64,000 nt of DNA from an uncultured delta proteobacterium (GTDB taxonomy: Bacteria; Desulfobacterota; Desulfobacteria; Desulfobacterales; JAHEIW01), in assembly GCA_963706575.1 (NCBI GenBank), contig CAVPNL010000008.1, forward strand, positions 96,001-160,000, read 5' to 3'. The notes below the pieces were generated by a model. That model did no database searches and was not told the DNA's origin. It saw only the letters and a program-made list of their open reading frames with translations. Positions within the stretch are counted from its first letter, which is position 1. Each line of letters starts with the position of its first letter. Below are positions 20,487 through 31,612 of the stretch, in pieces. The translations under genes were made by a program, and so were the position numbers.

Positions 20487-21913
20487 GTGCGCACAAATCT
20501 CCTATTAGTATTTTTTCTTGCGATTGCCCTCCTATCGGGATTTTTGATCTCACAATACCCTCCCACCATATTAATCTGGGTGACATTAGCCTTGGCTGTT
20601 TTCATTGTTTCCTTCGTAAAGATCGAATGGGGGCTCTATATCCTAATATTTTCCATGCTTTTGAGCCCCGAAATTACGATTGGAGAGACTACCGGTGCAT
20701 CTATTGGGAGGGGCGTGACACTTCGTTTTGAAGATTTTTTGCTCGTCGTGATTGGATTCAGCTGGTTTGCCAAAAATGCCGTAAATAAAGAGATAGGCCT
20801 TTTTTTAAAAACACCTTTAAATAAACCGATCCTCTTTTATATTTTAGCCTGTTTAATATCGACGGCTTTTGGCATCATGGACGGTAGGGTTAGTGCAAAA
20901 ACCGGTTCTTTATTTGTGTTAAAGTATATTGAATATTTTATTGTATACTTTATGGTGGTCAATCATTTGAAAAGCACCGACCAGATAAAACGCTTTGTTT
21001 TTTGTCTCTTGCTGACCTGTTTTATAACTGGCATTATTGGGAATTCTCCAAATTCCGGGAGGGGAGAGAGTCAGCGCCCCATTTGAAGGAGAAGTTGGTG
21101 AACCCAATACCTTTGGCGGATACCTTTTGTTTCTGGGTGCAATTACAGCAGGACTGTTGCTAAAAGCGGAAGACGGTCGATCAAAGCAATTGTTCATTTT
21201 TCTGCTTCTTGCTATTGTTCCACCCTTCCTATTTACCCAGTCCCGCGCTTCCTATCTGGGCTTAATCATGACATGTTTTGTCATCGGGATGCTGACCCGA
21301 CACCGCATAATTATTACAGGCTTTTTAACAATGTCACTTTTGTTGAGTCCATTGTTTCTTCCCCAGGAAGTTAAAGATAGAATTCTTTACACATTTACCC
21401 AACCCGAGGAATCCGGGCAGATTCATATCGGGGAAATTCGTTTGGACACATCGACCTCTGCAAGGATAGCGAGCCTTAAACAAATTATAGAAGATTGGCC
21501 AAAGAAACCGATATTCGGTTACGGTATTACGGGATATATATTTATAGACTCTCAATATCCCAGAGTGCTGATAGAAACAGGTATAATAGGATTAATCGCC
21601 TTCCTTTATCTTCTATATTCCATTTTGAAATTAGCCATTAACCGTATGAAGGAAGTAAAGACGCCATATTTTAAAGGGCTTGCGATTGGGTTTTTTGCCG
21701 GCTATATCGGTCTTTTATTTCATGCGCTGGGTGCCAATACCTTTATTATCGTCCGAATCATGGAGCCGTTCTGGTTTTTTGCCGGTATTATTGCCGTACT
21801 TCCAGCTCTGGAAACCCAAGCAACAGGAACAACCGCAGGAAGATCATCCCCGCATTCGAAGGTTTGCCTCAGCAAAAACATCGCTTCCAGTCAATCCTCG
21901 GCTTCAATCTTAA
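20487..21913 (+). CDS. O-antigen ligase / Wzy-like polymerase; apparent frameshifts near 21041 and 21817
   Basis: Many TM helices; GEPNTFGGY, TQSRASY, PIFGYG, IDSQY..VLIETGIIG, spread over ORFs 20487-21086, 21037- and 21680-21913. Confidence 0.75.
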
Positions 21914-22146
21914 AAGTCCAATTAACGGCAGACGCTGCAAACAGACGCAGATTTAGATTTTTAATTAGCCACAGACCCGTCTTCGCTTTACGAGCTTACG
22001 CCGCGGCAGGCCCACAGACTCAATCTTTTATTCAGCCACTCCCGCGATAATGTGTCGTTTTTTTCGACTATATGCTTTGCCATGGTTCTAGGGATACTGG
22101 GGCCAGATGAAAAGAATTGTTTGTGTGAGTCTGTGTGGGTCTGTGG

Positions 22147-22698
22147 CTAAAAAAATATCAGGTGCCCTTTTCTGTTCAACCACTCAGAAGCCAGAAAGAG
22201 CCCGGAAATGGTTTTCCCGTCGCTGATTTCGCCCGTCAGAATCATCTGCAGGGCATCATTAAATTTTACCGGATGAACATTTAGCATTTCATCATCATCC
22301 AGATGTTGCTGGGCCGGCTCGAGATCTAAAGCCAGAAAGATATGAATGCGTTCATCTGAATAACCCGGTAGGGGTGTAATGGTAGCCAACTGATGCCAGT
22401 CTATTGCTGAATATCCGATTTCTTCAATCAACTCTCTTCTGGCACAGGTTATGGGAGATTCCTCGGGGTCCAGGGTTCCGGCAGGTATTTCCCAGATGAA
22501 TTCCCGGATGGCATGGCGGTACTGCTTGATCAATACGACTTCCTCACTATTGATCATCGGGACCATCGCGGCGGCGCCCGGGTGCTGGATAAAATCCATA
22601 TCCGATGTCACTCCATTCTTCAGGGTGTAATTTTCCGTAACCAGATTAAACACCCGGCCCTGATGTAAAGTGGCACTACTATTTATCGTTGCAGACAT
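22147..22698 (-). CDS. NUDIX hydrolase (ADP-ribose pyrophosphatase-like)
   Basis: QYRH, EIPAGTLDPEESPITCARRELIEEIG. Confidence 0.9.
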   Translation of the reverse strand: MSATINSSATLHQGRVFNLVTENYTLKNGVTSDMDFIQHPGAAAMVPMINSEEVVLIKQYRHAIREFIWEIPAGTLDPEESPITCARRELIEEIGYSAIDWHQLATITPLPGYSDERIHIFLALDLEPAQQHLDDDEMLNVHPVKFNDALQMILTGEISDGKTISGLFLASEWLNRKGHLIFF

Positions 22699-22922
22699 TA
22701 TCGGCTCCCTAATCGTCTTTTAATGGGGTTGTCGGTGAAAAATGAACTATACCATAAATGCTAACAAAGCAAAAAAGCAGTTCAATCCAAATAGCACAAT
22801 AAAGGACTTGTTATACATCAAAAAATAGAATAAATTATTGTAATATAAGCACATAAATTTAAAGATGAATTGGAGCGGATCCAGTTTTCGGATTGAACCG
22901 GAATCTTTCACCTGGAGGAATT

Positions 22923-24251
22923 ATGCCAAAGACGCCAACGATTAAAACCGCACTGCCGGGACCGCGCGCAAAGCAATTGATTAAGCTGGACAAATCTTAT
23001 GTCTCACCGTCTTACACCCGGGTTTACCCGCTGGTGGTCGATCAGGCCGAGGGGTTGTGGGTGCATGACGTTGATGGGAATGTTTTTCTGGATTTCACGG
23101 CCGGCATTGCCGTCACTGCCACCGGTCACTGCCACCCGCATGTGGTCAAGGCCATTCAGCGCCAGGCCGAGCAGTTGCTGCACATGTCCGGAACGGATTT
23201 TTACTACACCCCTCAGATTCAACTGGCCGAAAAGTTGGCCGGCCTGGTCCCCGGCAAAAGAGCCAAGCGGGTATATTTTGGGAATTCGGGCGCGGAGGCC
23301 GTTGAGGCCGCTTTCAAACTGGCGCGCTGGCATACCAAGCGCGAACTCAATATCGCCTTTTTTGGCGCTTTTCACGGGCGAACCATGGGTGCACTGTCGT
23401 TGACCGCCAGCAAAACAGTGCAAAAAAAACACTATAATCCCCTAGTGCCGGGGATTACGCATATACCGTATGCCTACTGCTATCGGTGCGCTTACAATCT
23501 TTGTTACCCGGCTTGCGATTTGTTCTGTGTGAAATGGATTGAAGATACGCTTTTCCGAACAACCGTACCGGCGGAAGAGGTCGCTGCTATTTTTGTCGAA
23601 CCCATACAGGGCGAAGGCGGCTACATTGTGCCGCCTCCCGGATTTCACAAAGAAATGTATCGAATCGCCAAACAGTACGGCATCCTTTACGTTGCGGATG
23701 AAGTGCAATCCGGCATGGGGCGCAGCGGCAAAATGTTTGCCATGGAACACTTCGATGCCCAGGCCGATATTACGGCGATCGCCAAAGGCATTGCCTCCGG
23801 GCTGCCCCTCGGGGCCATGGTGGCACCTGCAAAAATCATGGACTGGGAGGCCGGATCCCATGCGTCGACTTTCGGCGGCAATCCGATATCCTGTCAGGCG
23901 GCCATGGCGACCATCGAGCTGTTGGAAAAGAGTTTAATGAAAAATGCAACGGTCCAGGGAAAACGTCTTATGCAGGGGCTGAACGAACTGCAAAAAACAT
24001 ATGAATGCATGGGGGATGTGCGCGGCAAAGGCCTGATGGTCGGCGTGGAATTTGTAAAGGATCGTGAAACCAAGGAACCCGCCACGGATTGGCGGCCCAG
24101 GATCATCCGCAAAGCATTTGAAAAAGGCCTGCTGATTTTAGGCTGCGGAGAAAACAGCATCCGCTTCTGTCCGGCGCTGACGGTCAGCGCCAAAGAAATT
24201 GATCTGGGGCTTACTATTTTTGAAGAGGCTGTTCGAGAAGTTTGCAGGTGA
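22923..24251 (+). CDS. Class III PLP aminotransferase (4-aminobutyrate / acetylornithine family)
   Basis: NSGAEAVE, FHGRT, EPIQGEGG, DEVQSG, AKG; GGAGG upstream of ATG 22923. Confidence 0.9.
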   Translation: MPKTPTIKTALPGPRAKQLIKLDKSYVSPSYTRVYPLVVDQAEGLWVHDVDGNVFLDFTAGIAVTATGHCHPHVVKAIQRQAEQLLHMSGTDFYYTPQIQLAEKLAGLVPGKRAKRVYFGNSGAEAVEAAFKLARWHTKRELNIAFFGAFHGRTMGALSLTASKTVQKKHYNPLVPGITHIPYAYCYRCAYNLCYPACDLFCVKWIEDTLFRTTVPAEEVAAIFVEPIQGEGGYIVPPPGFHKEMYRIAKQYGILYVADEVQSGMGRSGKMFAMEHFDAQADITAIAKGIASGLPLGAMVAPAKIMDWEAGSHASTFGGNPISCQAAMATIELLEKSLMKNATVQGKRLMQGLNELQKTYECMGDVRGKGLMVGVEFVKDRETKEPATDWRPRIIRKAFEKGLLILGCGENSIRFCPALTVSAKEIDLGLTIFEEAVREVCR

Positions 24252-24462
24252 TCTCTGGTTGCTGGCTCCCGGTGACTTGTTTCTGAAAGCCCCAGAGGGC
24301 TGCCCAACTTTTAAGCCTCCCAGCCTTCCAGCATCCTGGCATCCCAGCTTCAAACCGATGCCCTATGAGCTACTTTTTCGGACACCTGAACACTGAAACC
24401 TGAAACCTATTTGTAGACTATAGAAAGCTAAAAAAAGTTGCGTTTTCGGTACCTTATTATTG

Positions 24463-25377
24463 CTACTTGAACTGACTTGAGTCCAGCCAGCGATCAACGG
24501 CTTCGGCCACACCACATTCATTGTTGGATGCCACTACCGGGAATCGGCTTTTTAGGTCATGTGGGGCATTATCTACCACGAAGCTGCAACCGGCCCATTC
24601 CAGCAAATCCAGGTCATTATAGTCGTTGCCGACTGAAAGTGCCCGGTCGGCCTTCAGACCATATGTTGCAGACAGCCATGCAGCGGTTAGACTTTTGGAT
24701 ACAGTCGTCGGGAAAATTTCAATCCAGGTGGATTGTCCGTCCAATGGTGATGTCGTTTGGATAATATTAAAACCCGGCAGTGCGTTTTCCAGCATCGCAA
24801 TAACAGGCCGGTTATCGGCTGGCGGAAGTATCGCCAGCAGCTGGGTTGCATTGCCAAACCCATCGGTTGTTGTTTCCAGCGGTTTGGCAAATTGATGGTA
24901 TAACTCTATGCGTTTTATAAAATCCGGATTGTCGGATGTTGATTCAAAATAGCTGAAAATATGATTGTGCGGGATCGGATGGTGAACCATAAAATCAAGG
25001 TTGTTTGCCTGCAGAATTTTAATCGCCAGACTGACCTCATGAGGTTCCATACTGACTTTTCGGATAATGCGGCCGTCGGGATGCCGGCTAATACCGGCAC
25101 CGCTTGAAAATAAAATAAAATCCACCGGCAGATTTGAAATTGGGACGGTATTGATCGAGTAGATGGAACGACCGGTGGCAATCGCCCTGATGATGCCAAG
25201 CTCTCCGAGCCGTGTTAATGCATTCAGATCGGTATCGGAAAAACTGCGGTCGGAGCGCAGCAACGTTCCATCAAAGTCACAGACGAACAGCCCGCAAGGC
25301 GTTTGGCCGTTGTGCCGGTCTGGCGCCGGAATTTCCTGGGAAATGTTCATATTGTTAAAAACGCTTTCTAAAAACAA
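24463..25377 (-). CDS. Cof-type HAD-IIB hydrolase (start uncertain)
   Basis: DFDGT, ATGR, GNDYNDLDL. Confidence 0.85.
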   Translation of the reverse strand: MFLESVFNNMNISQEIPAPDRHNGQTPCGLFVCDFDGTLLRSDRSFSDTDLNALTRLGELGIIRAIATGRSIYSINTVPISNLPVDFILFSSGAGISRHPDGRIIRKVSMEPHEVSLAIKILQANNLDFMVHHPIPHNHIFSYFESTSDNPDFIKRIELYHQFAKPLETTTDGFGNATQLLAILPPADNRPVIAMLENALPGFNIIQTTSPLDGQSTWIEIFPTTVSKSLTAAWLSATYGLKADRALSVGNDYNDLDLLEWAGCSFVVDNAPHDLKSRFPVVASNNECGVAEAVDRWLDSSQFK

Positions 25378-26118
25378 TATTCGGATTATCTAAGCAAGAC
25401 ACGATCAATTCGGGTAAGATTTGATGACCGAATAATAGGTAAAGGGTAGCGGGGTGTCAATTAAAAACCCGGTCGTCATGTTTGCTGAAACCATGGCGCT
25501 TACAAGGAGTGTTGGGAAAACCAACACAAAATAATTGCTAAAGCTATGCGGCTAAAGTGACGATATATAAAATACAAGGGAAATCAGCATGTTCTAAAAG
25601 TTTTTGAACAGACAGAACATCTGAAATCGCGTTTCAGCCTGTGGCCCGGGGGCGACAGTAAAAAACATCTGATACCGGAATGGAAATATCTGTATCGATT
25701 GCGAACGGAGGTTTATTCTTGGAAATGAAAAAGGAGACAATCATTTATTTTGAGCAACTGGGATTTGGGTGGGTCCTGGATCAAATGATATTAAAAGAAA
25801 TACAATTTACGAAATTAAGGGATGAATGCATTACGGACACTTCATTAATAAAAATAATTGAAAATATGCTAATTGAAAATCCCAATTTTTAATCATTAAA
25901 TAAAAGTTGCCAATGGTTGATCAGTCGTTAGATTTTAGTTTAAAGATAAATTTTAATGGATTGATACGATTTTAAATTGTATAGTGCGTTTATGGCAACG
26001 GCTTCTTATCATTTCAATTATCTCCGGCTTTTAATCTATACCTGATTAGAAGTGGCTTCAGAACAATCTTCCCCCACTCTGGCAAATAGCGCTGGTTCAA
26101 AAATTTGAGGAATGAGAT

Positions 26119-28098
26119 ATGGTAAAAGACGAGCGGGATAATCTAATCTATCGTGGACTGTTACAATCTGACGACGGTATCATTGCCAAAGTTGTGAACG
26201 CCAATTCACGGGTAATCACTTTTCAAACGACATTCGGGCTAAACGATCAACTCATCGAGCACCTCAAAAACCAATCCGAACACATCGTCTTTAGCGAACG
26301 TTCCAGGATTGCGCGTCTCGGCGTGCAGATAAAATGCGAACCGCCCTCGGCTGATGCTCTAGAAGGTGATCGCGTCACATTGACGCTGGTTGCATCACCG
26401 GTCATACCGGGTTATCCCGGGCTCAATGAGCTGCGTGACTTTTTCACGCTGGGCCTGCCCGTCGGTCGTCTGGTTTTCTGCGATCCCGACGCGCTTTTGA
26501 CCTCTGATGAGGTGCTGGAGGCCAACGAACGCTCGCAACTCAAACTACCGGAATCCACTACGATTTCGGCCGATGGCAGTATCGTTATTGCCCCGCATAA
26601 GGTCATCTGTGAGCTGAAGCAACCGCTCGACAAAGAGACCCTGGGACGGATATTACTGCGCGAAGACGGCAGAGAGCTTTTAAACCGCTATCAGGCGCGC
26701 AAGGCTGTCCGGGCCGTAAACATCGCTGCCGGAAAAGGTGCCGTAACCACCTGTTCTATGTATCTTAACGAGCACTATGTGGTTTTGCAGAGCGGCTTTG
26801 AACTGGGCCGAAATCTGCCGGCAACGGTTCTGGATCCTATCAAGACCCGCGGGATTCGGATTTATCTTGAGATTGTCAACCAAACCAAACATCCCATCGT
26901 AAATCCATTGATTGCCGCAAAAGTCTATTACGCCGCCAAATCTAAAAACGGCATGCAGCGGAAAAAAAATACCGGCTTTGGCGCTTTTTTTACTTATAAA
27001 CAAATGCGCCAGCTGGAAAAAAGATTCGATCCCCCGAAACCCAACAGCTGCCACCACCTGGACAAGCCCGTTGCGGTCATCGATAAAAAAACGGATGCCA
27101 TTCAGAACGCGGGCATTTATTTAAACGGTCCCGACCATGCCTGTGAAGCGACCCGGGCTTTGTGTGCCGTAGCGCGCCGGGACTTTTCGCCTTCCAGTGA
27201 ATGCAGTCATGAATATGCCACATCAAAACTGAATGAGGCGGTCAAAAATTCATCCGCCATTCTGGCCATGAAGTATTTCCCTAACTTGATCGAGCATCGC
27301 GACATCATCAATCTGGCATGTGACGGGAAAATTAAGGCCCTATATTTTTATGAGCCTTCCTGTGAGCACGGCCCGTTTCTTTCGCAACAGGATCACAACC
27401 GTCTACAAGAATACGATGCTTTCGGGATAAAGGTGTACTGGGTATCCGGACTAAACAGCTGTCTGATGGTGCACACCATGCGGGATGGAATGGGCTATTT
27501 TGTGCTGCCGGAGCGGCTGGCCGATTTCCACACATCGATGCTTTTCGCGTTTTACGGCTCTAACATGCGGCTTTCGAAAAAGGGCGAATCGCGCCTGGGA
27601 CAGCTGCTGGACGCCCTGATCGAGTTCTGGGGCCAAAGCATCGGGATTGTCACCGGCGGCGGCAGCGGCGTTATGGAACAGGCCAATACGCTCGCGCGAA
27701 CCCGCGGCATTTTGTCCGGTGCGAATTTTTTAGACATCACCGATCAATCCATGACCACCGATGTCGATTTTTGCCAGGTTTTTCAATCCACCTGCCGTCA
27801 TAGCAGGCAAAAATGGTTTGAGGTCGCCTCATTTCCGATTTTTAACGTCGGCGGACTGGGCTCGCTCGAAGAACTGGGCATTACCCTTTGCAATATGAAG
27901 CTATCCATCCTGGAACAGGTTCCGATTATATTGTTTGATACCGAGGGTCGCCAGGGGTTCTGGAATGGCATTGATCGTCAGATCGAAGAAATGATCTCTC
28001 GCGGCCGGGCTCCCGACTGGATCCAGGATAACATTGTCATCACCGATGATCCCAAAGAAGTGATCGATGCGTATCGATCTCGCCTTCAACTCTTCTAA
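26119..28098 (+). CDS. LOG/SLOG family protein with a ~470-aa N-terminal extension of unknown function
   Basis: C-terminal FYGS, VTGGGSGVMEQAN, GGLGSLEELG and ITDDPKEV. Confidence 0.75.
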   Translation: MVKDERDNLIYRGLLQSDDGIIAKVVNANSRVITFQTTFGLNDQLIEHLKNQSEHIVFSERSRIARLGVQIKCEPPSADALEGDRVTLTLVASPVIPGYPGLNELRDFFTLGLPVGRLVFCDPDALLTSDEVLEANERSQLKLPESTTISADGSIVIAPHKVICELKQPLDKETLGRILLREDGRELLNRYQARKAVRAVNIAAGKGAVTTCSMYLNEHYVVLQSGFELGRNLPATVLDPIKTRGIRIYLEIVNQTKHPIVNPLIAAKVYYAAKSKNGMQRKKNTGFGAFFTYKQMRQLEKRFDPPKPNSCHHLDKPVAVIDKKTDAIQNAGIYLNGPDHACEATRALCAVARRDFSPSSECSHEYATSKLNEAVKNSSAILAMKYFPNLIEHRDIINLACDGKIKALYFYEPSCEHGPFLSQQDHNRLQEYDAFGIKVYWVSGLNSCLMVHTMRDGMGYFVLPERLADFHTSMLFAFYGSNMRLSKKGESRLGQLLDALIEFWGQSIGIVTGGGSGVMEQANTLARTRGILSGANFLDITDQSMTTDVDFCQVFQSTCRHSRQKWFEVASFPIFNVGGLGSLEELGITLCNMKLSILEQVPIILFDTEGRQGFWNGIDRQIEEMISRGRAPDWIQDNIVITDDPKEVIDAYRSRLQLF

Positions 28099-28250
28099 AA
28101 CCTATCTCAAAAATGCATCTAACACCCAAGGGCTGTGTTGCAAAAGCTGCGGCTAAACCCGGTGCAAGCCTACTCAGCATGCTCGCATATCACGGCAAGA
28201 TGCCGCTCCCACTGTTGCCATCGCGAAGTGGGAGTGGCTTCCAGCCACGA
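28096..28250. repeat. Partial MITE end fused to a GTGG REP-like pair
   Basis: CCTATCTCAAAAATGCATCTAACACCCAAGGGCT (as at 4873), then the copy of 6356-6423. Confidence 0.6.
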
Positions 28251-28400
28251 ATATTAAGCGTGATTTTCTTTTATTAGACAGTTTAAAGTCTATCTTCATT
28301 ATCACTGCCCACTGCCCGCATCTAGCCTCGAGCTAAAAATCATGGTTCCCGAGGACCACGAAACAGGGTTTTTGTTGATTCGTAGGATGAAATTCGGACA

Positions 28401-28844
28401 TCAATTTCCAAGCTTGTAGCGAATCCTCAGAACACCGTCCTGGAAAGTGGTGGAGGTGATTCGAAACTCTCCGATTTCGGCGGTTGATTTGACATGCGGG
28501 CCGATGCAGGGGCAGTGGTCGTAATCACCGATGCTGATAATCCGGATGGGGTCTCCTGCGTCATCCGGCAGCTTTTCCGTATTGAACCGGCTCATGGCCT
28601 CTGATTTTGATATAAACTGCTCGCTGACCGGTAAGTCCGACTGGATAATCCGGTTGACTCGTTTTTGGATCGCTTCAATTTCATCCGCAGTCAATGCTTT
28701 TGCGAAATGATAATCGCATTTTGATTTTTTGCGCTCGATATGCGCATTAAAGCAACGACCACATTGATACATGCGCTCCATGGTTTGGTTCAAAATATGC
28801 TCGGCTGAATGCATCCTCGGCTCATATTTTTTTTTCATTTGCAT
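28401..28844 (-). CDS. AlaX-type stand-alone tRNA editing protein (tRNA_SAD)
   Basis: HSAEH and CIGPH zinc motifs. Confidence 0.85.
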   Translation of the reverse strand: MQMKKKYEPRMHSAEHILNQTMERMYQCGRCFNAHIERKKSKCDYHFAKALTADEIEAIQKRVNRIIQSDLPVSEQFISKSEAMSRFNTEKLPDDAGDPIRIISIGDYDHCPCIGPHVKSTAEIGEFRITSTTFQDGVLRIRYKLGN

Positions 28845-28993
28845 TAAATCCTATTGTTAAGGTAATGAAAATTACAAATTTTTTTTGTGACAAATTAAGA
28901 AGGATTTTATTGATCGCTTTTACCAAAAAACAAAGGACCGCGATTGATTGTTAAATCTTATTAAATTTTTAGATTGGTGGAGCTTGTTGCCTG

Positions 28994-29947
28994 ATGAGAA
29001 AATGTCTGATTTATCTTGAATTTCCTGAAAAGTACATATCCCAGTTAAAGAAAATTGCCAATACTTATGAATTTATATCCTGCACAGACAGAACGGAATT
29101 GATGAAACACCTGCCTGACATGGAAATCCTTGTGATCTTCGTTGGTAAATTTGAAGCCGAATTACTTGGATTGGCGCCCAACCTTAAATGGATCCAGACG
29201 ATTACCGCAGGGGTGGATAACCTGCCGCTCAAAGAAATCAATGATCGCCGAATTATTCTTACCAATGCGCGGGGTGTCCACAAGATTCAGATGGCCGAAT
29301 TTGCCATTGCCGCTATGATCAACTTTGCCCGTAATTTTCATGTGATGCAGCGCAATCAGATCAAAGGGGTGTGGGACCGATCGATGCCTCAGACGGAAAT
29401 TTACGGTAAGGCTGTCGGGATTATCGGTTTGGGCAGTATCGGCGAAGAAATCGCCAGAAAGGCATCTTTTTTTGGAATGCGGGTGCTTGGCGTTCGGAAA
29501 AACCCCCAACCGATGAAATATGTCGATCAGGTATATGGGATAGAAGAAATGGATGCGGTTTTTCAGCAATGTGATTATATCATTAATTTGTTGCCTTTGA
29601 CTGCAGGGACCCAAAAAATAATTGATAAGCATTATTTCAACATTATGAAAAAAACAGCCTGTTTTATCAACATCGGCAGAGGACCGACGGTGAATCAGGC
29701 AGATCTGGTGGATGCGTTAAAGAGTAACCAGATTGGCGGGTTGGTTGCCGATGTTTATGAAGAAGAGCCCTTGCCAGAAGATAGCCCTTTGTGGAAATTG
29801 GAAAATGTGATTCTAGCACCGCATATCGCCGGCCTCTCACCGAATTATCTGAAACGAGCCATGGATGTCATTCGGCATAACCTGAAGGTATATGTCAGCC
29901 AATCCGGCGAGATGATGAATATAATTGACTGTAGCAGCGGTTATTGA
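28994..29947 (+). CDS. D-2-hydroxyacid dehydrogenase
   Basis: GIIGLGSIG, FINIGRG, DVYEEEPL, APHIAG. Confidence 0.9.
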   Translation: MRKCLIYLEFPEKYISQLKKIANTYEFISCTDRTELMKHLPDMEILVIFVGKFEAELLGLAPNLKWIQTITAGVDNLPLKEINDRRIILTNARGVHKIQMAEFAIAAMINFARNFHVMQRNQIKGVWDRSMPQTEIYGKAVGIIGLGSIGEEIARKASFFGMRVLGVRKNPQPMKYVDQVYGIEEMDAVFQQCDYIINLLPLTAGTQKIIDKHYFNIMKKTACFINIGRGPTVNQADLVDALKSNQIGGLVADVYEEEPLPEDSPLWKLENVILAPHIAGLSPNYLKRAMDVIRHNLKVYVSQSGEMMNIIDCSSGY

Positions 29948-29962
29948 AATATATTAAAGCGC

Positions 29963-31612
29963 CTAAATTTGGCATCCTCGAATCCGGATGGATTTGAGAC
30001 CGGCAAGAAATTTTTTGCTCAGGTTCAGATCGGTTTCATGTTCATACACCTCGCCGTCCGATTCAACCCCTCTGATGATTCCATCATAAAGAAAAAATTG
30101 CAGCAGTTGCCGGCCGGCATTATTGCGATTATCCGGATTTGTGACGTAGTCGGTAGCAGGCGCAGGATCCGGCAGCGGCCGGCCGCTGTCGATTAGCGAC
30201 TTCATGAAGTTAATGATTCTGCTCAGGCGCAAAAGAGTAACCGATTCTTTACGAGCGGTGCTATGAGATATCGGCAGGGCGCTGGATCGCATACCGGAAA
30301 AGTCGTGGGGCAGCAGCCCCAGTGTAGCACACAGCCGGTAGTCTTTACTGCCCGGTGACGGGTAGAATACGGAGGTGCCTGCCAGAACCCTGCGCTCGGC
30401 CAGATAGAGGAGATCCTGGAGGGAATCAGCTGCTTTTTGAAACGGGGCGCCCACGATAATGTAACCGACCGCCTCAAGATCATAGGCCCGGGCCAGGTCC
30501 AGCGCGCTTTCAAATGCCCGGCGGACATCGGGCCGCTGAAACCGCTTCTGCTGCGTCTTTGCCGTGGTGCCCAGCGACAGGTTCAGCGTCCGAAAACCGG
30601 CTGCTTGCATGGCAGCGACAACCTGCTCATCCAGCGATGAGGGCAGCAGGCCGTTCATGGCCCTGAGTTCGGGCAGTTTCCCGGCAAAACGCTGTGTGAT
30701 TTCATCCATTAACCTGAGAAACCAGTTCCGATCCAGTGATAGATTTTCGTCTTCAAAATCGATAAACCCGACATGGTGTTGGTTAACCGCCCTTTCAATT
30801 TCACGGAGTACGGACGCAACACTTCTTTGGCGATAGCTAAGGGGCGAGGAGGCCCCCATTGAGCAATACGTGCACTTCAGCGGGCATCCGCGGCTGGCGA
30901 CCACCACTGTACCGGCCTTTTTGTTACGGCGGTAATAGCGCTGGTCTATCAGTTGAGTGGCGGGCAGCGGCAAATCATCCAGATGGCGCACGCTGACGGT
31001 TTCGCCAACACGCAGACTGCCATCCGGTTTACGATAGACCAGCCCGGGGATATCCGCATAGCCCGTTCCGTTAAGAAGTGCTTTTGCCAACCGCACCATC
31101 GATACCTCCCCTTCGCCCCGCAAGACAAAGTCCACTGCCGGAGACTCCATTACTCGCCCGGGCATGGCGGTGGCATGATGGCCGCCGACGACAATTTTAC
31201 AATTGGGATGGTACGCTTTAACGATCTGTGCGGCCTGGACGGCCTCATAGGTATATGCGCTAAAAAGAGAGGAAATACCCACCAGAAAGGGCTGCGCTTT
31301 TTTAACCCGTTGCCCGATGGTGTCGAAGCTGTAGCCGAAATGTTTGAAGTGATGAAACAGGGCGAAGGGAGATTGATCGGGCCGGCCGTAAAAGGGTCGC
31401 AAATATGCCAATTTCTGCGGCAGATCGACAACACGTGATTTTGCAGTGGCCAGCGCATCCAGAATTTGTACGCAAAAACCGGCCGCAATCAACCCGGCGG
31501 CGATACTGGCCAATCCATATGGGATGGTGCGTTTGGCGGTTAGATAAAAATCGCGAATAGGCGGTTGGATGAGCTGGATCTTGAATCTGGAATCTTGGCC
31601 TAATGGTCTCAT
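29963..31612 (-). CDS. B12-binding radical SAM protein
   Basis: PYGLASIAA, VGGHHAT, RGEGE, SRGCPLKCTYC, FEDEN. Confidence 0.9.
   Translation of the reverse strand: MRPLGQDSRFKIQLIQPPIRDFYLTAKRTIPYGLASIAAGLIAAGFCVQILDALATAKSRVVDLPQKLAYLRPFYGRPDQSPFALFHHFKHFGYSFDTIGQRVKKAQPFLVGISSLFSAYTYEAVQAAQIVKAYHPNCKIVVGGHHATAMPGRVMESPAVDFVLRGEGEVSMVRLAKALLNGTGYADIPGLVYRKPDGSLRVGETVSVRHLDDLPLPATQLIDQRYYRRNKKAGTVVVASRGCPLKCTYCSMGASSPLSYRQRSVASVLREIERAVNQHHVGFIDFEDENLSLDRNWFLRLMDEITQRFAGKLPELRAMNGLLPSSLDEQVVAAMQAAGFRTLNLSLGTTAKTQQKRFQRPDVRRAFESALDLARAYDLEAVGYIIVGAPFQKAADSLQDLLYLAERRVLAGTSVFYPSPGSKDYRLCATLGLLPHDFSGMRSSALPISHSTARKESVTLLRLSRIINFMKSLIDSGRPLPDPAPATDYVTNPDNRNNAGRQLLQFFLYDGIIRGVESDGEVYEHETDLNLSKKFLAGLKSIRIRGCQI

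Noticed and set aside
18122..21913. Pseudogenised EPS genes or programmed frameshifting
   Set aside because: Only single-base insertions with otherwise intact motifs and no slippery-site signals; the same pattern in rsmE favours sequencing error.
25500..25892. Short ORFs upstream of the LOG fusion
   Set aside because: AT-rich, with no recognisable motif or clear RBS; cannot be supported.
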